Assembly (NCBI GenBank): GCA_963716255.1
Contig: OY970303.1
Coordinates: forward strand, 6,688,001-6,752,000
Reading direction: 5' to 3'
Length of the DNA stretch: 64,000 nt
From: an uncultured Gemmatimonadales bacterium
GTDB taxonomy: Bacteria; Gemmatimonadota; Gemmatimonadetes; Longimicrobiales; Longimicrobiaceae
Both the position numbers and the translations under genes were made by a program. The notes below the pieces were generated by a model. That model was not told where the DNA came from. It worked only from the letters and a program-made list of their open reading frames with translations, and did no database searches. This document shows, piece by piece, positions 24,101-42,600 of the stretch. The first letter of the stretch is position 1; each line of letters opens with the position of its first letter.

Positions 24101-25123
24101 CTCCACGCGCAGCGCGAGCGTGTTGACGAAGAAGCCGATCAGCCCCTCCAGCTCCGTGCGCGGCCGCCCCGCCACCGGCGAGCCCACCACCACGTCGTCC
24201 TGCCCCGAATGCCGCGACAGGAGGAGCGCCCAGGCGGCCAGCAGAGCCATGAACGGCGTCGCGCCCTCCGCCAGCGCAAGGGCGCGCAGCCCGTCCGACG
24301 TTTCCGGCGGGAGCGCCAGGTGGACGGTCCGCGCGGGGGCCTCGCCGGCCGGGCGGCGCGGGCGGTCGGCCGGCAGCTCCAGCACGGGCGGGGCGCCGGC
24401 CAGCCGCTCGCGCCACCACTCCACCTGCTCCTCCAGCGCGCCGCCGGACAGCCGCTCGCGCTGCCAGAGCGCGAAGTCCGCGTACTGAACGGGCAGCTCC
24501 GGGAGCGGCGACGGCGCGCCCGCGAGGAACGCCTGGTACAGGGCGGACAGCTCGCGGGTCAGCACGCCCATGCTCCACCCGTCCGAGACGACGTGGTGGA
24601 GGGTGAAGAGCGCCGCGTGGTCGTCGCCGCCCAGGCGCAGCAGCGTCGCCCGCAGCAGCGGCCCGCGCGCCAGGTCGAAGGGGCGCAGCGCCTCGGCCTC
24701 GGCAAGGCGCGCGGCTTCGGCCGCGGCGCGCCCGGCGCCGAGCCCCGCCAGCTCCACCACGGGAAAGGGGACCGGCGCGGCGGGGCAAACCACCTGCACC
24801 GGGTCGCCGTCGCCGGCCGCGAGCACGGTGCGCAGGCTCTCGTGACGGCGGACGACCTCGGACAGCGCGCGGCGCAGCACCCGCGCGTCCAGCGCCCCGC
24901 GCAGCCGCAGGGGAAAGCGCATGTTGTACGCGGCGGCCCCGGGCTCCAGCTGGTCGATGAGCCACAGCCGCTGCTGCGCGAAGGAGAGCGGCAGCGGCCC
25001 GTCGCTCGTGCGCGGGGGGATGGCCTGCGGGGCCAGCTTGGCGGCCGTGCGCTCCCGCAGCGCCATCTGCAGGAGGCGCCGGCGCTCGGGCGAAAGGTGA
25101 GACAGGCGGTCCGCCGTATCCAT
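12170..25123 (-). CDS. NRPS, 4 modules (~4317 aa): dock-C-A(DVEERGVCTK)-T-C-A(DVEELGVCTK)-T-C-A(Ser, DVWHVSLVDK)-T-C-A(atypical, NGLGPTE)-T-acidic dock
   Basis: Part of ORF 12170..26632. I placed the true start at ATG 25123 (MDTADRLSHLSPERRRLLQ), 52 bp after the upstream stop. The extra 503 codons overlap the upstream gene out of frame. Four C/A/T motif sets are present. Confidence 0.93.
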   Translation of the reverse strand: MDTADRLSHLSPERRRLLQMALRERTAAKLAPQAIPPRTSDGPLPLSFAQQRLWLIDQLEPGAAAYNMRFPLRLRGALDARVLRRALSEVVRRHESLRTVLAAGDGDPVQVVCPAAPVPFPVVELAGLGAGRAAAEAARLAEAEALRPFDLARGPLLRATLLRLGGDDHAALFTLHHVVSDGWSMGVLTRELSALYQAFLAGAPSPLPELPVQYADFALWQRERLSGGALEEQVEWWRERLAGAPPVLELPADRPRRPAGEAPARTVHLALPPETSDGLRALALAEGATPFMALLAAWALLLSRHSGQDDVVVGSPVAGRPRTELEGLIGFFVNTLALRVELAGAERPGFRGLLARVRETTLGAFQHQDVPFERLVEELRPERSLAHAPFFQVMFALQNTERSALRLGGLAMEPMSPGEGAAGFDLDFSLHEGPGGLGGTLRYRADLFDAATVERMAGHFRLLLAGVLADPDRPLAAVPLLADEERARVLETWNATARDYPRTLRLHELASGRARRTPDAPAVVFEGREVSYAELDAGANRLARALRRRGVGPETRVGIAVEKSVEMALAVQAVLAAGGAYVPLDPAYPAGRIAYVLRDSGAALLLTQTGLAGRFADAGVPVLAVDRLVREAADEPAGAPESDVAPENLAYVIYTSGSTGTPKGVAVPHRAVVNLALDMAERLGLRADDRVLQFASLGFDVSVEEIFSAWAAGAAVVLSREELFAPGVLLEVAARERVTSFELPTAFWHEWVRELAETGRRPPECVRFVRVGGERVSPERLREWAELRLPLVHVFGLTEAACTSAALALEAGDDGSRWPSLPIGRPTGNARLYALDPSGEPAPVGVPGELFVGGEGVARGYLGRPALTAERFVPDPFSGDAGARLYRTGDRVRWLADGVLEFLGRIDLQVKLRGFRIEPGEVEAALRRHPAVREAVVLVREDAPGEKRLVAYITAEGGAPPAAELRAHLGDALPGHMVPTAWVALESFPLTASGKLDRRALPAPEGAAGREYVAPRDETERVLADAWAEVLRAGRVGVADDFFELGGHSLLATRLVSRVRRALGVELPLRALFEAPTVAGLAERVRDLLAADGRADAAPIPRVPREPGGALPASFAQQRLWFIDQLDPGSAAYNIPTALRLRGGLDTAVLGRSLAALVRRHEALRTTFGVRAGEPVQVVRPAAPVPLPVVDLAGLAAERRQAEAARLAEAEALRPFDLARGPLLRATLLRLAGGDHAALFTLHHVVSDAWSMDVLVREVSALYGALDRGEEPRLPGLPIQYADFAAWQRERLAGEVLDAQLRWWRGRLAGAPPTLELPLDGPRRPATGAPAGRLPFALAAETAARLRALAREQGATPFMALLAAWQLLLARWSGQDDVVVGSPIAGRTRAETEGLIGFFVNTLVLRTDVSDAPDFRGLLGRVREMALGAFAHQDVPFERLVEEMQPERTLLHTPLFQVMFALENVERQPALELGGLRLEPFPTGSGAAQFDLDLSLQETPDRFAGTLRFRADLFEAATAERMLEHFARLLDGALADPGRPLSTLPLLSDGERTRVLETWNDTAREFPRGRCLHELIAERARRTPGAHAVVFEGRATSYAELDAGASRIANALRRRGVGPETRVGIALEKGPGVATAILAVLGAGGAFVPLDPAYPAERIAYVLRDSGAALLLTEDGLAGRFAGAGVPAVTLDALAREAAAEPARAPAGGAAPEGLAYVVYTSGSTGTPKGVAVPHRAVVNYAADMAERLGLGPDDRVLQFASLGFDVVVEELFPAWLAGAAVVFSREALFDPGTLLRVLAAERVTVLELPTAYWHEWVRELAARGRGVPEPVRLVLVGGERVSPERLREWAELRLPLVHVFGLTETACTSATLPLEAGDDGSRWPSLPVGRPTGNARLYALDPSGEPAPPGVPGELFIGGEGVARGYLGRPALTAERFVPDPFSGDAGARLYRTGDRVRWLADGVLEFLGRIDLQVKLRGFRIEPGEVEAALERHPAVREAAVLVREDAPGDRRLVAYFTAGGEAPAVAALRAHLAASLPEYMVPSAFVALESLPLTPHGKLDRRALPAPEGGTGREHAPPRDGTERVLAEAWAEVLRVERVGVDDGFFELGGHSLLATRLVSRVREALGVELPLRAVFEAPTVAGMAARVRALLDEGVAAAAPPLVPVPRDGGIPLSFAQQRLWFIDQLQPGSAAYNVPTALRLRGRLDAAAMRASLGALVRRHESLRTRFPVVDGGPVQRIDPPAPVPLPVVALDGLPAAAREAPAALLAAAEAARPFDLARGPLLRALLLRLDAEDHAVVFTLHHAVSDAWSMDVLVAEVSALYAALSRGEEPRLPDLPIQYADYAAWQRGWLAGDALAAQLGYWRNQLGGAPPVLELPTDHPRRPVEGAPAASRQLVLPPELAHGVRQLARAGGATPFMALLAAWQLLLARWSRQDNVSVGTPVAGRGRTELEGLIGFFLNTLVLRTELSGDPSFRELLARVRETTLGAFAHQDVPFERLVEELQPERSLTHTPLFQVMFTLENVERQPALELGGLRVEPLPTGEGVAQFDLSLSVLEAREHTACVLRFRADLFEAATADRMLRHFQRLLEAAVRAPERPLSTLPLLTPEERRQVVHEWNATARGYPPACLHELVERQVERTPDAVALVFEGASLTFRELDDRAGRLARLLRRRGVGPETRVGVCMERGPELVASLLAVLKAGGAYVPLDPGYPAERLAYLLSDSAVPVLLTQEELRDRVPEFGGKVVVVDADADGPRHSPTLALPRTQSPDNLAYVIYTSGSTGRPKGAMNTHAAIVNRLLWMQEAYGLGADDAVLQKTPFGFDVSVWEFFWPLITGARLVLAKPEGHRDPAYLAGLVERERITTLHFVPPMLAAFLDAGGPARRGALRRVVCSGEALPLELQERFFARFPGVELHNLYGPTEAAVDVTAWACRPGRPVLIGAPVANTRILLLDRAMEPVPPGVPGELHIAGAQVGRGYLGRPELTAERFVPDPFPDGPGERMYRTGDLARWRADGQVEYLGRMDQQVKVRGFRIEPGEIEAALRTVPGVREAVVVAREDSPGDRRLAAYFTADGEAPDAAGLRAHLGRLLPEYMVPSAFVALEDLPLTPNGKLDRRALPAPEGASGREYAPPRSATERALADAWAETLRVERVGVHDGFFELGGHSLLATRVVSRVRDLFGVELPLRALFEAPTVAALAERVDRLRREGAGSGAPPIVPVPRDGPLPLSFAQQRLWLLDRLEPGTAAYNMPFRLRLRGALDADALEWAFTRTVRRHEALRTRFPVVDGEPVQRVEPARPQRLPVVELAGLPEARRGAELKRLVADEAVRPFDLAHGPLLRTALVRLGADDHALLLTMHHIVSDGWSMEVLVRELFELYAARTGGREPALPELPVQYADFAAWQREWLSGERLDAQLGFWRGQLHGAPTVLELPMERPRPAVRSGRGAVRALHLEPDVAESVRALARAEGATLFMALLAGLSALLARYSGQTDVVVGAPIAGRGRRETEGLIGFFLNTLALRTDLSGDPAFRELLRRVRETTLGAYAHQDVPFERVLEEIQPERSLSHAPVFQVMLNLQAFGGGDPGGVPGLALEPLEGGGEEAARYDLTLYAEEAPDGGIRLDLVYDAELFAAERMAELLAHLRALLEGAGRDPELRLSALPLLAPAERAARAGHARGIGGGRPLPEWEPGDAEGTITDRFRRVARLHPDRVAVRTRTRTLTYAELDRAAERAARALLRARPGPGERVALLFEHDAAMIVGMLGALRAGKTYVPIDPLYPRERSAYVLEDSGAAALLTNGANLELARELAGGRVPLVDVDADDGTADATDAASLPRVEPGAPAYILYTSGSTGRPKGVVQSHRGVLHHVRVYGRNLRIGPDDVLTLFSSYTFDAAVMAVYGALLHGATLCPFDWREEAAAGVAGWIRRQGITLYHSTPTVFRHLAGGLAADERFPGVRLVVLGGEETQGRDVEAFNRHFLPGATLVNGLGPTESTVTLQAFFEHGAAPPRGTVPVGRPVADTEVWLVNAAGEQPAVYGAGEIVIRGPHVAAGYWNRPEQTAAAFRDEGGGMRAYRTGDLGRRLPDGAVEFLGRADFQLKIRGHRVEPAEVEAALRAFPGVREAVAAPWEDDAGERRLAAYLVPEEGAEAGSAAALVEWLRARLPEYMVPSAFVALETLPLTPNGKIDRLALPRPEAPAPAEYVAPSGWTEEALAAVWAETLGLERVGATDSFFALGGHSLLATRLVSAVRAALGVELPLRAVFEHPTVAAMAALVESLSLEPGGDGDLSEEELRALEEMSEEEAMRLLRGE
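16810..16841. repeat. Degenerate 8-bp tandem repeat in the A-domain pre-A3 loop
   Basis: TGCGCGGA AGCGCGAG AGTGGGGG AGTGCCGG (period 8). Encodes RHSPTLALPR before [18 protein letters not shown]. Confidence 0.55.
18940..23620. repeat. Tandemly duplicated A domains (~18940-20420 and ~22130-23620)
   Basis: Shared unusual stretches such as LPTA[FY]WHEWVRELA, SPERLREWAELRLPLVHVFGLTE and LEAGDDGSRWPSLP, at an offset of about 3180 bp. Confidence 0.85.
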
Positions 25124-25175
25124 TCTCAGCTCGTTCCTCGCACGCTCGTTCAGTGGGACCCGGCGCCGTGCCGGG

Positions 25176-36275
<11,100 letters not shown>

Positions 36276-36328
36276 TCCGTTTCTATTCCTTCAGATCTCT
36301 TGCGTTTACGGCTTTCAACGGCTGGCTC

Positions 36329-36457
36329 GGGCGTGCCCCCGGCTGGCGCCGGGGTCGGGCTTCGGCTCCGTAAGCCCGCAGACAACGCGGGCTAACGGAG
36401 TCGAGCCCCGCGAAACTGCCCGCGGGTCTCGCCCCTTCGGGCCGAAATCCCTCACGC
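36329..36457 (-). ncRNA. Structured RNA-like element resembling the Flavo-1 motif architecture
   Basis: Minus strand reads GCGUG-A-GGG-AU-UUCGGC...GCCGAA-G-CCC-GA-CCCCGGC(GCCA)GCCGGGG-G-CACGC-CC. It has terminal pairing, a three-way junction and nested hairpins. The family name is from memory of the GCGUUAGGGAU...AGCCCGACCC...ACGCCC pattern, not from a search. Confidence 0.45.
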
Positions 36458-36465
36458 GACGGCAG

Positions 36466-36611
36466 GCCCCCACCCGGCTCGCTTTAGGCTCGCACGGCTT
36501 ACCCCCTGTATCCCCCGTTCCGGGGGAGGGGCATTTCCGCGCTGCGATTCTCGCCATCGCGGTGCCGTTCTCCCCCTCTCCCCTTGTGGGAGAGGGGGCC
36601 GGGGGAGGGGG
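36466..36611. repeat. Double-hairpin element, copy 3 (intergenic, just downstream of the PKS-NRPS stop)
   Basis: GCCCCCACCCGG...TCCCCCGTTCCGGGGGAGGGG...CTCCCCCTCTCCCCTTGTGGGAGAGGGGGCCGGGGGAGGGG. Same arms and orientation as copies 1 and 2. Confidence 0.88.
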
Positions 36612-36624
36612 TCGCAGTCGCCGC

Positions 36625-39600
36625 TCATTTCCCCAGCAGCCGCATCACTTCTTCGTCCGACAGCTCCTCCAGCCGGCCCAGCATGTCCTCCAGCCGGTCC
36701 TCCGCCTCCGGCGCGACCGGGGTCTCCGCGGCCAGGTGCTCCGCGATCCCGGCCACCGTGGGCGCGGCAAAGAACGCGCGCAGCGGCACGTCCACCCCCA
36801 GCGCCCTGTGGATGCGGGCGACCACGCGCGTCGCCAGCAGCGAGTGCCCGCCGATGTCGAAGAAGCCGTCGTGCACGCCCACGCGCTCCAGCCCCAGCAC
36901 GTCGGCCACGATGTCGGCCAGCAGCGCCTCCACCGGGGTGCGCGGGGCCACGTACGCGGCGGGGTCCGGGGCGCCCTCCGGCGCGGGGAGGGCGCGCCGG
37001 TCCACCTTGCCGCCGGGGGTCAGGGGAAGCGCGTCCAGCACCACGAAGGCGGCCGGCACCATGTGCTCCGGCAGGCGCTCGCGGGCGTGGACGCGCAGCC
37101 CGTCCACCGGGACCTCGCCGCCCGACGGCGTCACGTACGCCACCAGCCGCCGCTCGCCGGGCGCGTCCCCGCGCGCCTCCACCACCGCGTCGCGGACGGC
37201 GGGGTGCGCGGTGAGCACGGCCTCCACCTCGCCCGGCTCGATGCGGAAGCCGCGCACCTTGACCTGCAGGTCCACGCGGCCCAGGAACTCCAGCGCCCCG
37301 TCCGCGCGCCAGCGCACCCGGTCGCCGGTGCGGTACAGGCGCGCGCCCGCCGCGCCCGAGAGCGCGTCCGGGACGAACGCCGCGGCCGTCGGCTCCGGCC
37401 GCCCCAGGTAGCCCCGCGCCACCCCCATGCCCCCGATCCACAGCTCCCCGGGCACCCCGGCCGGCACCGGCCGCCCCTCGCCGTCCGCCACGAACACGCG
37501 CACGCCCGGGAGCGGCCGCCCGATGGGCGCGCCCGCCTCCGGCCCCGCCGCCTCCAGCGCGGTCGCGACCACCGTGGTCTCCGTGGGCCCGTACGCGACG
37601 AAGAAGCGGCGGCCCCGCGACCAGCGCGCGACCGTTTCCGGCGGGCACGCCTCGCCGCCGGCGATCACGGTGCGCAGCGTGGGGAGGCCGTCGTCCGGCA
37701 TGGCGCCCAGCAGCGCGGGCGGCAGGGCGGCGGCGGTGACCGCGTGCGAGCGCACCAGCTCCGCCAGCCGCTCGCCCGAGAGCTGGTCCTCGCGCCCGGC
37801 CACGACCAGCGTGGCGCCCGTGGCGAGGGCCATGAACACGTCCAGCACCCCCGGGTCGAAGCTGAGCGAGTACGCCTGGAGCAGCCGCGTCGCTCTCCCG
37901 ATCCCGTGCAGCCGGACGCACGCGTCCACGACCGCGGCGAGCGCCCCGTGCGGCACGGCGACCCCCTTGGGCGTGCCCGTGGAGCCGGACGTGTAGACGA
38001 CGTAGGCGAGCCGGTCGGGATCGACGGGAACCGCGTAGGCGTCTTCTGCGCCCTCCCCCGGCTCGCCCAGGCTCGCCACCCTCCCCCAATTCTGGGGGAG
38101 GGCTTCCTGGCCCTCGGGCGCCGTCGTGTCGTGCTCGCCCTCTCCCCTTGTGGGAGAGGGGGCCTCGTCCACCAGCACCACCTCCCCGCCGAAGCCGCCG
38201 AGCTGCGCCCGCAGCGAGGCCTGGGTGACCAGGACGGCGGCGCCGCTGTCGCGGAGCATGTGCGCCAGCCGCTCCGAGCGGTACGCGGGGTCCAGCGGCA
38301 CGAACGCGCACCCGGCCCGCAGCGCGGCCAGCAGGGCGGCCACCGCGTCCGGGCCGCGCTCCGTGTAGACCGCCACCCGCGCCTCGGGGCCCGCGCCGGC
38401 TAGCCGGATCGCCTCCGCCAGCCGCCCGGCGCGCGCGTCCAGCTCCCCGTACGTGACCGGCTCCGCGCCCCACAGCACCGCGGTCGCGTCCGGGTTCTCC
38501 CGCGCCCGGGCCGCGAACGCCTCGTGCACCGGCACGAAGCCGGCGCCGGCCGGCCGGCCGCTCCACTCCTCCAGCACCCGCCGCCGCTCCGCCCCGGCGA
38601 GCAGCTCCACGTCGCCCAGGCGGCGCTCCGGGCCGGCCGCGAACTCCTCCAGCAGCACCCGCAGGTGACCCAGCATCCGCCCGATCGCCTCCGGGTCGAA
38701 GCGCTCCCGCTGGAACTCCGCCTCCACGCGCAGCCGCCCCTGGAGCGCGGCGACGAGCGTCAGCGGCAGGTCCGCCTGCTCCGTCCCCTCCAGGTCGCGC
38801 ACCGCGAGTCTGCGGTCCCCCCCGGCGAGCACGTCGTCCATGGGCTGGTTCTGGAACACCACGATGCTCTCGAAGAGCGGCCGCGCGGCCGGCACCTCCG
38901 TCCAGGCGCGGACCTGCACCAGCGGGGTGTAGGCGTGCTCCCGCGCCGCGGCGAGCCGCCGCTGGAGCTCCGCCAGCCAGTCCGCGAGGTTCGCGTCCGG
39001 CCGCACCGGCACCCGCACAGGCACCGTGTTGATGAAGAGGCCCACCATCTCCTCCACCCCGGCCAGCTCCCCCGGCCGCCCCGACACCACCGCCCCGAAG
39101 AGCACGTCGTCGCCGCCGCCGTAGCGCGACAGGAGCAGGGCCCACGCGCCCTGCACCAGGGTGGCGGCGGTGAGCTGGTGCCGCCGCGCCATCGCCCCGA
39201 GCGCCGCGGACTCCGCGTCGGCGAGCTCCATCCGCGCGCGGCCGTAGCCGTGCGCGACCTCCGCCGGGGCGGCGGGGCGGGCGATCTCCAGCGGCGTGGG
39301 CGCGGCGAAGCCGGCCAGCGATCCGCGCCAGAAGCGCTCGGCCGCGGCCAGGTCGCGGCCCTGCAGCCAGGCCACGTAGTCGCGGTACGGCGGCGCGGCG
39401 CCCAGCTCCGCGTCCGTCCCCCGGGCGAAGCCGTCGTAGAGCGCCACCACGTCGCGGAAGAGCAGCGGCAGGCTCCACCCGTCGGTGACCAGGTGGTGGT
39501 GCGTCCACGCCACCCGGTGCAGGTCGTCCGCCAGGCGGAAGACGGCGAGGCGCATCAGCGGCGCCCGCGCCGGGTCGAAGCCCCGCGCGCGGTCCTCCGC

Positions 39601-42600
39601 CAGGAAGGCGTCCAGGCGCGCCGCCTGCTCCCCCGCCGGCAGGCCGCGCCAGTCCTCCTCCAGGAACGGCACCTCCGCGCCGCGCCGCACCCGCTGGAGC
39701 GGCCGGTCCAGCCCCTCCCAGGCGAAGTCCGTGCGGAGCGCGGGGTGGCGGTCCACCGCGCCCTGCCAGGCGCGCCGGAACGCCGCCGCGTCCACCTCGC
39801 CCGCCAGGCTGAACACGTACTGGCCCACGTAGCCGCCCTCGCCCGGGGCGTACAGCGAGTGGAAGAGCATCCCCTCCTGCATGGGCGTCAGCGGGTACGC
39901 GTCCTCCACGTCGTCCGCGCCGGCCAGCAGGGCGCCGAGCGCGTCCGGCTCAAGGGCGGCCAGCGCGAACGGCGCGGGGCCGTGGCCGGCTTCCGCGATC
40001 GGGCCGCCGCCGTCCGCGGGGACCAGCGGGGCCAGCTCCGCGATGGTGGGGTTCTCGAAGAAGTGCCGCGGCTTCAGCTCCACCCCGGCGCGGCGGGCGC
40101 GGGACACCGCCTGGATGGACAGGATGCTGTCGCCGCCCAGCGCGAAGAAGTTGTCGTGCACGCCCACGCGGTCCAGCCCCAGCACGTCGCGCCACACCTC
40201 CGCCAGCGCCTCCTCCACCGGGCCGCGCGGGGCCACGTACTCCGCCGCCGCGTCGGCGGGGGCGGGCGCGACGAGGGCCGCGCGGTCCACCTTGCCGGTG
40301 GGGGTGAGCGGGAGCCGGTCCAGCGCCACCAGCGCGGAGGGCACCATGTACTCCGGCAGCGAGCCCCGCAGGTGCCCCCGCAGCTCCTCCGCCGTGACGC
40401 CGCTCTGCGCCGTGTACCACGCCACCAGCCGGGGCTCCCCGGGCCCGTCCCCGCGCACGGCGACCACCGCCTCCGCCACGCCGCCGTGGCGCAGCAGCGC
40501 CGCCTCCACCTCGCCGGGCTCGATGCGGAAGCCGCGCAGCTTCACCTGCGCGTCCGTGCGCCCCAGGAACTCCAGCGTGCCGTCGTCCCGCCAGCGGGCG
40601 CGGTCGCCGGTGCGGTACAGGCGGCCGCCCGCCTCGCCGCACAGGGCGTCGGGGACGAACCGCTCGGCCGTGAGGCCGGGGAGGCCGCCGTAGCCGCGGG
40701 CCAGCCCGGCGCCGCCCAGCAGCAGCTCGCCGGGGACGCCGAGGGGGAGCGGCGCGCCCGCCGCGTCGCACACGTACACGCGGGTGTTGGGGAGCGGCGT
40801 GCCCAGCGGGTGCCGCTCCGGGCGGACCTCGCGCGCGTGGTGCGCCGTGCAGATGACGACGCCCTCCGTGGGGCCGTAGAGCACGTGCACCGCGGCGGCG
40901 GGGAACGCGGCCCGCATCGCCTCCGGCAGGTCGGGCGGCACGGCGTCGCCGCCGGTGAAGGCGGCGCGCAGGCCGGGGAGCGCGCGCCCGGCCTGCGCCA
41001 GCGCGCCCGCGAGCTGGCGCATCAGCGCGGGGACGGCGTGCAGCAGGGTGGCGTCCTCCGCCTCGCGGGCCAGCGCGTCCATGTCGGTCACGTGCTCCGC
41101 GGGGACCACGCGCACCGCCCCGCCCGCGAGCAGCGGCAGCAGCGCCTCCAGCAGCCAGATGTCGAAGGTCCAGCCGGCCAGCGACGGCATCACGTCGCCC
41201 GCGCGGACGCCGAAGCGCTCCGCGGCTCCCAGCAGCGTGTCCAGCAGGGCCCGGTGCTCCACGCGCACGCCCTTGGGCTCGCCCGTGGAGCCGGAGGTGT
41301 AGATGACGTACGCCAGGTTCGCCGGCCCCACGCCGCTTTCCACCGGGTCCGCGCTCTCGCGGTCCACGCCGCTCCCGTCCAGCGGCAGCACCTCCGGCGC
41401 GAGGGGCGCCAGGCGCTCCAGCAGCCGCTCCTGCGCCAGGAGCACGGGCGCGCCCGCGTCCCGCAGCACCCGGGCGATGCGGTCGTCGGGGTGCGCGGGG
41501 TCCAGCGGGACGAAGGCGCCGCCGGCCCTGAGGATGCCCAGGAGCGCCGCCAGCATCTCCGGGCCGCGCTCCACGCACGCGCCCACCGGGGTCTCCGGCC
41601 CCACTCCCATCCGCCGCAGCGCGCGGGCGACCTGGTTGGCGCGGGCGTCCAGCGCCGCGTACGGGACGCGCTCCGCGCCCCACAGCACCGCCGCCGCGTC
41701 CGGGGTCCGCCGCGCCGCGTCCGCGAACCGCTCGTGCACCAGGGGCTCCGCGGGGAAGGGGCGCGCCGTGTCGTTGAACTCCGCCAGCACGCGCCGCCGC
41801 TCGCGCGGGCTCATCACCTCCAGCTGCGAGACGCGCCGCTCCGGGTCGGCCGCGATCCCTTCCAGCAGGGCGAAGTAGTTGGCGAGCAGGCGCTCGGTGG
41901 TGGCGGGGTCGAAGAGGTCCAGGTTGTAGCCCAGGATCCCCACCACCGTCCCCTCCTCGGGGTGCTCGCGCAGCAGCACGTCCAGGTCGAACTTGGCGGT
42001 GCCGCTGTCGGTGAGTCCCTGGTCCGCGTACTCCACGGCGCGCAGCGGCAGCCGCGGCGACGGGTCGGCGAAGTGGGCGATGGGGCGCTCGAACCCGAAC
42101 ATCACCTGGATCAGCGGGTTGCGACTGACGTCGCGCTCCAGGTGAAGCTCCTCCAGCAGCTTTTCCAGCGGCAGCTCGGCGCGGGCGTAGGCGCCCAGCG
42201 TGGCGTCGCGCACCCGGGCGAACAGCCCGGCCAGCGTGGGGTCGCCGTCCAGCCGCGTGCGGATGGGGAGGGTGTTGATGAAGAAGCCGATCAGCGGTTC
42301 AGTTTCCGGGCGCGAGCGGTTGGCGTCCACCGTGCCCACCACCAGGTCGTCCTGCCCCGAGTAGCGGCGCAGCAGCACCTTGTACGCGGCCATGAGCAGG
42401 ATGAAGAGGGTGATCCCCTCGCGCGCGCACAGCGCCTCCAGCCGCTCCTTGAGCCCCGCCGAGATCACCACCCGGTGCTGCGCGCCGCGGTAGCTGCGCA
42501 GCGGCGGGCGCACCCGGTCGGTGGGCACCTCCAGCGCCAGCGGGGCGCCCTCCAGCCGCTCCTTCCAGTAGTCCACCTGCCGGCGCAGCCGCTCGCCCGA

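Noticed and set aside
36466..36611. Rho-independent terminator or CRISPR repeat interpretation of the hairpins
   Set aside because: There is no U-tract after the stems, and matching hairpins occur inside coding regions. There is no regular repeat-spacer array and no cas gene.
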